A DNA stretch of 64,000 bases from an uncultured Cytophagia bacterium (GTDB lineage: Bacteria; Zhuqueibacterota; Zhuqueibacteria; Residuimicrobiales; Krinioviventaceae). The position numbers and the translations under genes are program-made. Positions 18,171 through 27,667 of this stretch are shown here, one piece after another (the stretch's first letter is position 1; every line of letters starts with the position of its first letter). The notes under the pieces were generated by a model that made no database searches, was not told where the DNA came from, and saw only the letters and a program-made list of their open reading frames with translations. The stretch is taken from the NCBI GenBank assembly GCA_964607755.1, contig CAZSMC010000019.1, forward strand, positions 170-64,169. The letters run 5' to 3'.

Positions 18171-18677
18171 GGTATACCTCACTCAAAATACCGTTCAAAT
18201 CAAACTTTTATTATACAAAAAAATAATGAAATAACAAAAGAAATCGATTCTGACCGGATAATATTTTTTACCTCTTGTTTGTCACCGGACACTTTTCATT
18301 ATTATCGAAATTGCAAAATTTTAGATGAATATGTCGCCACTACGTGGCTTTATAAAAATGAGATTAACATAGGCTATAAATATTTAACCGCTATGCGGTT
18401 TATTTGTGTCAATTTATTCATTTTTCAACAATGGACCCCAATAGGGGTTGGATATTTTTAGTATGATAGCAGATAAAATCCCCCTAAACTCCGTCGGGAG
18501 TGACATATTCTCTTTCTGGCATTTCCCATTTAAAAAGTGTCTGGTAATAAAAACGCAATGAGCGAAAAAAAACCTGCCGAACAAACCATACTTTTATAAC
18601 GAGCAAAACTGTTGATCGATTTGCCTGAGGAGAGCTGTATTTCCTTGAAAGCCGAAAGTTACGCTATTTTATTTTTC

Positions 18678-18935
18678 CTAGTGTCCCGTTTTCAAAAACA
18701 TAATCATGGGATTTAAACGAGTATTTTTTATCTCCGAATCCCAAAAGATTGAGCATACCGTTAATATGATAGGAAAGACCTCGTTGTCATTTGTTGACAA
18801 GCTGTCCAAAACGATGGTTTCCGCCATCGCTGTTTTGATAAAAAATAATGTCATGAGTAACAGATATGTGAAAATCCTTTGAACGTTCATGATATTCATC
18901 ATCTTGCAAAAAATTTTCAATTGAATTAGCCCCAC
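18678..18935 (-). pseudogene. Possible remnant of a secreted-protein gene
   Basis: Signal-peptide-like MNVQRIFTYLLLMTLFFIKTAMA-E followed by only ~50 aa; protein-like text continues in other frames with stops. No family recognised. Confidence 0.3.
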
Positions 18936-18953
18936 AGAAAAATGTATACGGTT

Positions 18954-19817
18954 TTATATTTTTATAGTTTCGAGCGTCAGCCATTCATCTTTATAATGAA
19001 CTGATAAAACCGGAAGATTTTGCCGTTCGCAGGCATCCCGTATCATCATTTCTTCGGTGTTCAGGATGCCGGATAAAAGGCAAGTGCCGCCTGGTTTAGT
19101 TCTCTCGCTGATTTCAAAAAGAATATCGAGAATGACCTTGCGATTAACATTGGCAAGTATCAAATCGAATTCTGCTTTTACCGCGTTAATCGGTCCGGCA
19201 TAAACAGAGAACCGGTCTGCCACATCATTTTTCTCGACATTTCGTTTTGCAGTCTGCGCTGCTACCGGGTCTACATCGCAGCCAATCACCCGGCCTGCTC
19301 CCAGTTTTAGAGCAGCGATCGCCAGAATGCCGGTGCCTGTGCCAACGTCGAAAACCATCTGACCGGGGGCAACATGCGTTTCAATTGAAATCAGCATTAA
19401 CTGGGTTGTCGCGTGAGTACCGGAGCCAAAAGCCATTTCAGGATCGAGTTCAATCACACACGGCGGAACATCAACCGGAAGCTCGGCCCAACTTGGTTTT
19501 ATGATTATCTTTTCGCTCACCGGAATAGATGTAAGATCTTTTTTCCATTCTTCCCGCCAGTCCCGTGAAGGAATGTCCTGAATGTCAATATCAATTTCAA
19601 AGTCTGTTTCAAAGAGTTCCTGCAACGAATGCAAGAAAGAATTCAGTGACTTTTTCAACAGCGCTGTAGATGTATCACCTGAAAAATACGCTACAATTCG
19701 GTCTTTATGTTCAGCAAGCCCGGTGGCTCCAAGTTCGAATAAAAAATTGCATATCGCCTCGCTTATGCTGGGGACAACCTTTACGGTCACTTGTTTATAA
19801 AACGTCGGCGCGTTCAT
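18954..19817 (-). CDS. prmA: Ribosomal protein L11 methyltransferase
   Basis: DWREEWKK, IIIKPSW, LDPEMAFGSGTHATT, FDVGTGTGILAI, ILAN and LLSGIL motifs. Confidence 0.96.
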   Translation of the reverse strand: MNAPTFYKQVTVKVVPSISEAICNFLFELGATGLAEHKDRIVAYFSGDTSTALLKKSLNSFLHSLQELFETDFEIDIDIQDIPSRDWREEWKKDLTSIPVSEKIIIKPSWAELPVDVPPCVIELDPEMAFGSGTHATTQLMLISIETHVAPGQMVFDVGTGTGILAIAALKLGAGRVIGCDVDPVAAQTAKRNVEKNDVADRFSVYAGPINAVKAEFDLILANVNRKVILDILFEISERTKPGGTCLLSGILNTEEMMIRDACERQNLPVLSVHYKDEWLTLETIKI

Positions 19818-20720
19818 TTAATTTTCATCATAAATAACCGCGGTGATCACCCGGCCAACTTTGCCCAGACTTGTCGCGCTGCAAGCTTCTGGCGTGTCTT
19901 TCATGGTGTGCCATTCCGGATAATTAAAATCAATCACGTTTGCGCATTGAATTCCCGCTTGCAGCAATGGCACGTGGTCATCATAAACTGCATAACCTAC
20001 CGTTGGGATAAATTCGGATACGCCGAGCGCAGCAGCTTTATCCCAGATCAAATCGACCACCTGCCGCGCGTAAACCACGGAAAACTCTTCCTGATATATT
20101 TTTAGGTCATTATCGCCGATCATGTCTAAAAGAATGGCATAATTGGGTGCCATGCGCGAACCAAATTCTCTGGCAAAAGCGGCAGAACCGCGCGCCCATG
20201 TACGATCCTGTCCTTGCATGCCGGCATCTTCAGCATCGAACAGGACAATATCAATTCCCACGTCTGGTGGATCAGCAGCGATCAGCTCTGCTAAATGGAG
20301 CAACACAGCTACACCCGAAGCACCATCGTTTGCTCCCAAGATCGGCCTGTCGTGATTTTCGGGATTTGGATCGCTGTCTGCCCAGGGCCGGGTATCCCAG
20401 TGGGCGCACAGCAAGATGCGTTTGCTTTTGAACGGCTGAAAGCGGGAAATCACATTGGTGGCCGTTACAGTCCGTTGCGGCTGTCCGAAAGAAAACATGA
20501 ACTGTTGTGTGGTGACCTCGTCAGCATGTTTTTTGAGTGTTTCTACAAGATAATCGAGACACTTTTTATGACCTGGCAAGCCGGGAGCCCTCGGACCAAA
20601 TTCGCATTGTTTTTCCAGAAAATAAAAAGCCCGTTCTCCATCAAATGTGGGAGCGGCCTGGTTCGTTGTTGCCGTCAGGCTGAACAAAATTATTAAAAAT
20701 AACGAACAGTTCTTAAGCAT
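19818..20720 (-). CDS. M28-family peptidase / glutaminyl cyclase-like, secreted
   Basis: Signal peptide; LCAHWDTR, GANDGASGVAVLL, LFDAED, LLDMIG, DDHVP and WHT motifs. Confidence 0.92.
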   Translation of the reverse strand: MLKNCSLFLIILFSLTATTNQAAPTFDGERAFYFLEKQCEFGPRAPGLPGHKKCLDYLVETLKKHADEVTTQQFMFSFGQPQRTVTATNVISRFQPFKSKRILLCAHWDTRPWADSDPNPENHDRPILGANDGASGVAVLLHLAELIAADPPDVGIDIVLFDAEDAGMQGQDRTWARGSAAFAREFGSRMAPNYAILLDMIGDNDLKIYQEEFSVVYARQVVDLIWDKAAALGVSEFIPTVGYAVYDDHVPLLQAGIQCANVIDFNYPEWHTMKDTPEACSATSLGKVGRVITAVIYDEN

Positions 20721-20800
20721 GGATGACCATTTCAGTTAATATAATGTTTTTAAATATACATAATATGAGGCAAATAATTAACAATTATCGTAAGTGATTT

Positions 20801-20958
20801 GAAATACCTCAGTTACGATTCCAACAATGGGTCACAAAACTAATAAATAGCACATTATAATTTCAAAATTTATAGAATGATACAATACTATTGCAGAAAA
20901 GATTTGTGACCCATTGTTAGATTAGATAGAGCATATCCACTGTTAACTGAGCTCATAC
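20801..20958. mobile_element. MITE-like non-autonomous element, copy 2 (158 bp)
   Basis: About 17 differences from 6129-6287 by manual alignment; identical internal IR (20823-20838/20903-20918) and ctcagtta/taactgag TIR cores; flanks agtgattt/gacgattt share only gattt. Confidence 0.75.
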
Positions 20959-20987
20959 GACGATTTTATTAATTCCCGGTCTGGCGA

Positions 20988-23900
20988 TCAATTTCCGCGA
21001 ATCGCTATGCTCACATCGATGCCCAATTCCTTGAACGAGGTATCGCCAATCATTTTGTTATGGTTCTTGCCAATTTCAAAATAGGCGCCACCAGTTACAC
21101 GGGAACTGAAACTATAGTTTACACTCGGTTTAAGCAGCCATTTGCCGGTTTCAGCACTGACTTCTGCGCCCTGTCCGCGGTCCTGATAGGTGACTGAATT
21201 TCCCAGCGTAAAAGTCAATGAAAAATCAATGTTATTTTTCAACCGCCGGCTTCCCATAAACGGCAACGGCAGGCGAAAATTGCCTTTTTTGGAATAATTC
21301 GCTGTAACAGACAAATCCTCGCTATCGCGAATTGTTCTCGCTTTGCCGGAAGTCAGTGTCAGCGTTTCCTTGCTCGATTTGTTATATCGAACGGAAACAG
21401 AGATGCCATTTTTCATCTGAATGTTCATGCCAATCATCGGGCGGAACTGGGTGTCTTTATCTTTTTTAGTAATGACCTCTTTGCCATTTTCCATATTGAA
21501 CGTTTCATTGGCCCGACCGGAACGGGTGTGTTCGACCGTAAACCGCTGCACATATTCTTTTATAAACGGCAGTTTCTCAATGCCGTTAACGCGCAGTGAC
21601 CATGTAGGAAAAGGTTGACTGAAATCCTCGCCCCACACAAGCCAGCTTTCCGAGCGCTGACCCGTGGTCTGTGTGCTTTTGTTAAAAGAAAAATTCTTGT
21701 CATAGCCAAAGCTCAACGTCACATTCCGGCTGATTTTTAAACCGGATTTCACCCCGAACGTTTCATTCTCACTGCTTGAACCGCGATTGGATGTAGTTCC
21801 AGCACCTTCTTCTAGCTCTTCAAACGGCACGCCAGGATCACCGGACAGGCCAAATTGATATGCTGTGACCGGCATGCCAGCAATGCCAAATACAGTGCGA
21901 TTATTACGCGATGAATAGTTCACACTAATGGGATCAAAAACATCGAATGCCTTGACCAGCGTGCCCAATATCGAAAAGCCGCCGCCCTTGTCAGAATCTT
22001 CATCTCCTCCCCGCGGACGCCGTGACTGCGGCCTGCCGCCCTGGCGACCAGGCCGGTAAATCGATTTGGCAAATGTGCTCAAATTAACAGAGCCGTTAGC
22101 CATAAGTGACCTGTTTTGCGAGGTACTGTGCGCAGCCACACGTTGTTGCCGGTTATAACCGTATTTGAACGAAATCGAATAACTCAGATTCGTAGTGAGC
22201 CACGAGAAAAATTTTGGATTATATTTCGTGCTGATGTTTTGATTGACATTCGTGAGCAAACCAAACCGGAGGCTTTTAAACTCATCCCACAGCGAGTCAG
22301 ACGGCATATCGCGAAGGTCGTTGGTGTAATCGCGGCTGATATCAAAAGATAATTTCTCAAAGATATTCATGTTCAGAGAGGCGCCACGATTGATCTTGAA
22401 CGCGCTATTCTCATTGTACACACCACTCCGGGTCATTGACTCGTTTTTGCTGCGCGTGCCGCTCATTTGGGTATTGAAACTTTGCGGCGTATAGAACAAT
22501 TTCATGTCACTCAGTTTGTTAAGAAAAGTAGTATTCTCTAACCAGCCAAAAGGGAAAATATAATTGTCCCGGCCGAACGAGATGCCCCAACTGACATTGC
22601 CGGACTCGGTTTTGTTGTGTTGATATTCCGTTCGTGAATTGCTGCCATTGCCTTCGTTACGGCTGTAACTCGCTTTTAATCTGGACAGCAGATGCTTGAC
22701 AAAAAAGTTTTGCGATTGCGAATTGATGCCAAAAGACACACTCATGCCCTTTTTCTCATTAAACGTGCGAATTTTCTCCAGGGTTGAATCCGGCAAGTCT
22801 TCAGTGACTTCAACGTCTTCCCCGGGAATATATTTTGGCGTCGATTCACTTCTCGAATAGTTCAAAGAAACCGGGATTGAAACACCGAGCTTGGACGGCA
22901 AAAACTTGTCCACGGAAATACTGGTACTGAAATTTCCGCTAAATTGATTATCGCCAGTCCCGAAACGTTCACTGACATTGTGGAACTCGGCATCTTTGCG
23001 GTTAATCTCACCGTTAAAACGAACGAGATCGGCCCAGGAAAAATCGACCCGGGCCCGCATGGCAATGCCCTTTTCCTTTTTGACATCGGATAACCGCAGC
23101 TCGTTCATATAGATCTCGCCGTTAAATGGCATATTTTTATGCTTGTTTAGCACACCGGCTTCAAGCATTTTGACGTTTCGTAAAGCGGGTTCACCATGAA
23201 TGATCCAGCGCTCACCTTGACCTTTGTGCTTGGTGAAAATCTTGGTTCCCACCGAATCAATTTCCGGCTGAACTGTCAGTTTTACTTGCGATAACTCGAT
23301 GAGATCAACATCAATACTGTTTTTTGTCCAGCCCTGGTAAACAGGTTTTCGAATTTCATAATAGTTATTTTCATCCGCACCAAATCGCAAATAGAACTCA
23401 ACTTTACTGGAATCCCGGTTAATATGGATGCCGGTTTCATCCCGGCCATAAACGAACATTTTCATTCTGTTGTAATTGATATAATCCTGGGCATCGAAAA
23501 ATGTTTTTTGCACTTTGCCATTATAGCCGGGCAGTAGACTATTCACTTTAAGCACCAGTGACTGTTCCTTTGCCTGGACACGGGTAATCCGGTCAACCTC
23601 ACCCTCAACGCCGGGCGGCGGACGGTAAGAGGGATTATCGTGCGTATTAACTACTGAAATGGTAATTGTTGAATCGTCTTTGGCCATATAATTATCCGGC
23701 TGTTCTGGCGGGGCTATACCCTGTTCTTTCCAGTCACTGCCGACCAGGTTCATTTCAGCAATCCAGATTTGATGGGGCTTTGTATCCTGGATGCCATCAA
23801 TCCAGACACGCATATACTCGACCAGTGACAAATCCGGCGAGCCCTGGATCTGCATTGTTGGTTTTGGAGCATTGAGCGGTATTTGATACAAACGCCACCC

Positions 23901-26900
23901 GTAATCGTCGCCGGTTTTTTCATCGATACTTTCCCCAACCACATAATTCTTATAATCGTCGCTATTATGATTCAGATTGATTGTGTATTCGAAATAGTCG
24001 TTGCGAAGATCAACATCGCCGTTGCCGTTCATATCTTCAGTATCCGGGAACCGGCCACGGGAATCCTTTTCATTGTTTTCCGTTCCATTGGCCATGGTCG
24101 GGGTACCTGTACGGTCTTTTCCTTGCGGATCATATCTCCAGTTGTCAAAACTGTAGGGTTCGCCATAGTCCTTTTTGCCATTGCCGTTCAAATCCCAAAA
24201 GTCACCTCCGGCAGCGATAGCCCTTGGATCATCATCTGCCATGCCATCAAGACCAACATCCTCATCATCGTCCAGCAAGCCGTTTCGGATGCCATTGTTC
24301 AGTTTGTCTTCAGTGTCTAATTTCATGTTTGGGATAATGTCTTCGGAAATCTGGCCCAGTTCGATGTGTAAATTCGCATCGAGATCAGGTGAATTTAAAA
24401 CCCATATTTCCAGATACTTAGCTTCAGTTTGATTATTGTAACCGGAAGACAGCGCCTTTTGAATACCATTCCAGGCGTCAGCAAAATTCGCCAGACTGTC
24501 CGGCGCCTGGAATTCCAGTTTAATAATATTGGTGGTCTGTGCCACGTTTGCGTTCAAGTCCTTGTTAGGCCAGATGTATTTAATTGGATACTGGTCATAG
24601 GGATTCCAGAAATTCAATCTTGCCCGGCTGCTGAGATCAGGCGCGCCATAGTCAAATTTTCGGGGTGGAGGAGAACAATAGTTCCAGCCGCTTCGAATAA
24701 TCTGAATCGGTGTCACACGTTTGGACGCTTCAAAGTCATCGATATAAGCCACACCGCTGTTGTCGCCGGTATCCTCGTTATTCCGGGTATTGGGATTTGG
24801 AATGATCTGAGCAATCTCGCCCTCAAACTTTAGTGAGGTCGGGGACCGCGTATCGACAAAAGGAATCCAGTTCGCCATTTTGGTGAGGAAAAACGGTTTA
24901 ACTTCCAGCAGTGTATTCACATCCCATATCATATTTTGCATGGGCCCTTTACCTACCCGAATTTTCTGATCCAGGGTTTTTTCGTTCAGATACATAAAAG
25001 TAGCGCCTATAAAGCTGTTGTCCCACAATCCGTATTCTGCGCGTGCGCCCATCACTGTCTTTTTATCGATCTGGAAAAGCTGATTGCTTTCGTAGGTGAT
25101 ATCGAGATTGGCATTGGCGGCCGTGGCTTGTTCGTTCAGCAATCGAAGCGTACCGGTAAAATAATCGATCGTATAATCCACACCCCGGGTCAACGTACGT
25201 CCGTTCAGCGTCACTTCTTCCGAATTTTCAATGACGTTCATCCCCAAATGATATTCCGAGCTCTTTGTTTCGGATTTCACTTCGATATAAAAATCGGTTT
25301 GTTCGTTAATCACGCTTTGAACGGTCGTGTCATAAATCGCCGGTGCCAGTTTGTTGTCTTTCTTGTTTTCCGAGTACAGCAAATTGCGCAGTTTTTTATC
25401 CTGGGGATCAAAAGGGCGGAGGTGGGGAAAAAACAGTTCACCCCTGGCAAAATTAATGATATTGGGATTGTCATCGATAATGCCGTCCGGTTTAGGCTCA
25501 CCGCTCAAATTAAACCTGTCCAGGCCGAACGCCGTGAGCCAGGTCATTTTGTTGCCGTCTTTATCCTTTACCGTTTCTTGCGGATCGCCGGAAGGTGGCT
25601 GGTAATAAATACGGCATTCAAAACCATCTTGTGGAATATTGCGGCCGCCAAGGCTGTAGACGTTTTTCCACTCCAGCGGCCAGGTCGTGTCGCTTGGCCT
25701 GGGGTCTTTGGTTTTCAACAAGCGAACCTGCAAAGTTTTATCTTTAGAAGGATCATATTCAATATCGCCGCGGATACGGCCCGAGCTGTCTTCATAAGCC
25801 ACAGCAAGCACAGAGCCGTCCATGAGCTGCTGGTTCAAGCGGATGTAACCGAGTTGATCCTGGATATAATACTCATCTTTTTCCAGCCGGCGGAAATAGC
25901 CACGGTAATGTTCGGGATCGACCTGGGATGTATCACCCTCCATTACGATCTGTTCGTTTTTTCGCGATTCATCCGGCACCCATGCCCAGCCGCGCTGAGA
26001 ATCCGGATATTTTTGCTGATAATTCGCTTCAGAAACGTAGACATCGATATGCGCAATACCACGGCCAGGATCGACGAGAAATTCACCGTAATCCGTTCGG
26101 TTGATGTATTGTGTGCGGTAATATTCATCGATGAAAAAGTAGGAACCTCTTTTGTAGCGGGAAATGTCGATTTCTTTTTTTTCATCCGAGGCGCCGCCGG
26201 TCAGGCTCAACTTTTTCTTTTGCCCTTTTTCCTGGCTGACTACGGTGGTGAGACTCAACGGACCGAGCTGGGCATCTGTCTTGATGCCGAACAAACCGCT
26301 GCTTCGCATGCTGGCAGTGACAAAACGGGTGCCTGGCAAATTAATGGAAATATTGCCAGCCTCGATATGTTTGATGATCTCGTCTTCATAGCCCTCATAC
26401 GTCAGGCCGATGCGGTTTTCAAAATCAAACGCCCGCTCTGAATCCTGGTCCACCTTGATTTTCACTTTTTCACCCACGTGACCGGACACATTGAATCTCT
26501 GGGTTTGTTCCATTTTGAACGAGTTGTTCGAACCCCGGTTCATGGCGGTGCGAACCTGACTGCGCTTTTCATTACGGAATCCGCCCTTGATATTAATTTG
26601 CCCGGACACGTCCAGGCCAACTTTGCTGCCGCCAAATATCGCCTGAAACGCCTTGCTCTTGATTTCCACCGGGATATCGATACGTATCGCGCCGCCGCGG
26701 CCGCCTGTGCCGGATTCACCGAGCCGGGAAAGGGTATTTTGCACCAGGGTTTCGTGAGGATAGCTTTTACGTCGGGCTTCAACGTAATCGAACAAATTCA
26801 TGTACCGGGGAAGCCGGTAATCGAACTCGCCAATTTTTTCCACAAAATTGATATAATTACCTGTCGAATCAATTTCCACCGTTCGCCGAAGCATGGACAG

Positions 26901-27143
26901 TGAATTGCGTAAATACGGGGAACGCATTCCTCCCATGTAAAGACCAAGATAATACTGTTCCTTTTTAATGGGCACTCGCGGGTCACCGGTCGTTGTGGGT
27001 ATTTTCATCCCGATATAGGACTTGTTACTGCTCTCAATCTGATCTTCCTGCGCATACCCTGCAATAGATAACATGAGGAAAATGAATAAAGAGAGAGTAA
27101 ACGGGAGCTTTGGGGGACATGTGTGTTTTGGATTTAAAGCCAT
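20988..27143 (-). CDS. sprA: T9SS outer-membrane translocon SprA/Sov
   Basis: >2000 aa; FKMEQTQRFNVSGHVGEKV, YEGYEDEIIKHIEAGNI, GLFGIKT, SQEKG, WKNVYSLG, AYIDDFE, EDMNGNG and GEIYMNELRL motifs; C-terminal beta strands. ORF track opens at 27254; the signal peptide fits a start at 27143. Confidence 0.93.
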   Translation of the reverse strand: MALNPKHTCPPKLPFTLSLFIFLMLSIAGYAQEDQIESSNKSYIGMKIPTTTGDPRVPIKKEQYYLGLYMGGMRSPYLRNSLSMLRRTVEIDSTGNYINFVEKIGEFDYRLPRYMNLFDYVEARRKSYPHETLVQNTLSRLGESGTGGRGGAIRIDIPVEIKSKAFQAIFGGSKVGLDVSGQINIKGGFRNEKRSQVRTAMNRGSNNSFKMEQTQRFNVSGHVGEKVKIKVDQDSERAFDFENRIGLTYEGYEDEIIKHIEAGNISINLPGTRFVTASMRSSGLFGIKTDAQLGPLSLTTVVSQEKGQKKKLSLTGGASDEKKEIDISRYKRGSYFFIDEYYRTQYINRTDYGEFLVDPGRGIAHIDVYVSEANYQQKYPDSQRGWAWVPDESRKNEQIVMEGDTSQVDPEHYRGYFRRLEKDEYYIQDQLGYIRLNQQLMDGSVLAVAYEDSSGRIRGDIEYDPSKDKTLQVRLLKTKDPRPSDTTWPLEWKNVYSLGGRNIPQDGFECRIYYQPPSGDPQETVKDKDGNKMTWLTAFGLDRFNLSGEPKPDGIIDDNPNIINFARGELFFPHLRPFDPQDKKLRNLLYSENKKDNKLAPAIYDTTVQSVINEQTDFYIEVKSETKSSEYHLGMNVIENSEEVTLNGRTLTRGVDYTIDYFTGTLRLLNEQATAANANLDITYESNQLFQIDKKTVMGARAEYGLWDNSFIGATFMYLNEKTLDQKIRVGKGPMQNMIWDVNTLLEVKPFFLTKMANWIPFVDTRSPTSLKFEGEIAQIIPNPNTRNNEDTGDNSGVAYIDDFEASKRVTPIQIIRSGWNYCSPPPRKFDYGAPDLSSRARLNFWNPYDQYPIKYIWPNKDLNANVAQTTNIIKLEFQAPDSLANFADAWNGIQKALSSGYNNQTEAKYLEIWVLNSPDLDANLHIELGQISEDIIPNMKLDTEDKLNNGIRNGLLDDDEDVGLDGMADDDPRAIAAGGDFWDLNGNGKKDYGEPYSFDNWRYDPQGKDRTGTPTMANGTENNEKDSRGRFPDTEDMNGNGDVDLRNDYFEYTINLNHNSDDYKNYVVGESIDEKTGDDYGWRLYQIPLNAPKPTMQIQGSPDLSLVEYMRVWIDGIQDTKPHQIWIAEMNLVGSDWKEQGIAPPEQPDNYMAKDDSTITISVVNTHDNPSYRPPPGVEGEVDRITRVQAKEQSLVLKVNSLLPGYNGKVQKTFFDAQDYINYNRMKMFVYGRDETGIHINRDSSKVEFYLRFGADENNYYEIRKPVYQGWTKNSIDVDLIELSQVKLTVQPEIDSVGTKIFTKHKGQGERWIIHGEPALRNVKMLEAGVLNKHKNMPFNGEIYMNELRLSDVKKEKGIAMRARVDFSWADLVRFNGEINRKDAEFHNVSERFGTGDNQFSGNFSTSISVDKFLPSKLGVSIPVSLNYSRSESTPKYIPGEDVEVTEDLPDSTLEKIRTFNEKKGMSVSFGINSQSQNFFVKHLLSRLKASYSRNEGNGSNSRTEYQHNKTESGNVSWGISFGRDNYIFPFGWLENTTFLNKLSDMKLFYTPQSFNTQMSGTRSKNESMTRSGVYNENSAFKINRGASLNMNIFEKLSFDISRDYTNDLRDMPSDSLWDEFKSLRFGLLTNVNQNISTKYNPKFFSWLTTNLSYSISFKYGYNRQQRVAAHSTSQNRSLMANGSVNLSTFAKSIYRPGRQGGRPQSRRPRGGDEDSDKGGGFSILGTLVKAFDVFDPISVNYSSRNNRTVFGIAGMPVTAYQFGLSGDPGVPFEELEEGAGTTSNRGSSSENETFGVKSGLKISRNVTLSFGYDKNFSFNKSTQTTGQRSESWLVWGEDFSQPFPTWSLRVNGIEKLPFIKEYVQRFTVEHTRSGRANETFNMENGKEVITKKDKDTQFRPMIGMNIQMKNGISVSVRYNKSSKETLTLTSGKARTIRDSEDLSVTANYSKKGNFRLPLPFMGSRRLKNNIDFSLTFTLGNSVTYQDRGQGAEVSAETGKWLLKPSVNYSFSSRVTGGAYFEIGKNHNKMIGDTSFKELGIDVSIAIRGN

Positions 27144-27667
27144 AAAGACTTGTATTATACCTCTCCAAGTTGAATTTATCTCTGGCGTTGTTGAAAAATC
27201 GTAGCGAATAAAGTCTCTATAGGCTTCTCCGGGATTGGGGGTAACAATAAACACTCAAGCTCGAACGTTAAAAATTTTTAAAATTTAGAATTTTATTGAT
27301 AAATTTCAACAAAAATGTTTTGGCAGATTGAGCTATGACGCACCTGATGTGAGACGTCTATATATGCATTTTAAGATAATCTCTGTAGCATTTCGTACAG
27401 TCCATTTACATTTATGGATCACTTTTTGTTTTCAAGAGTATAATGCTAACAGATTTAACAGAATGGCATCATATCCACGTTGAAATACAAATATTATAAA
27501 TTCAGCACCGGAGAAAGTTCCATAAAAAACCCGATAGATTTTCATTGTTCGTATGATACTTGTTTTTTATATTTTCTTGTTTTACAAAAGTTCCATTTTT
27601 TGGAAAATTTATCTCAACAATAAAAGTACAAATAATATACCAAACTATGAGTCATTGAGAAAATCAC

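Noticed and set aside
24936-26441. 501-aa plus-strand ORF
   Set aside because: Wholly antisense to sprA, no motif or RBS. Same for 820..1149, 2329..3108, 10189..10905, 40885..41550 and the other short overlapping ORF-track calls, treated as shadows of real genes.
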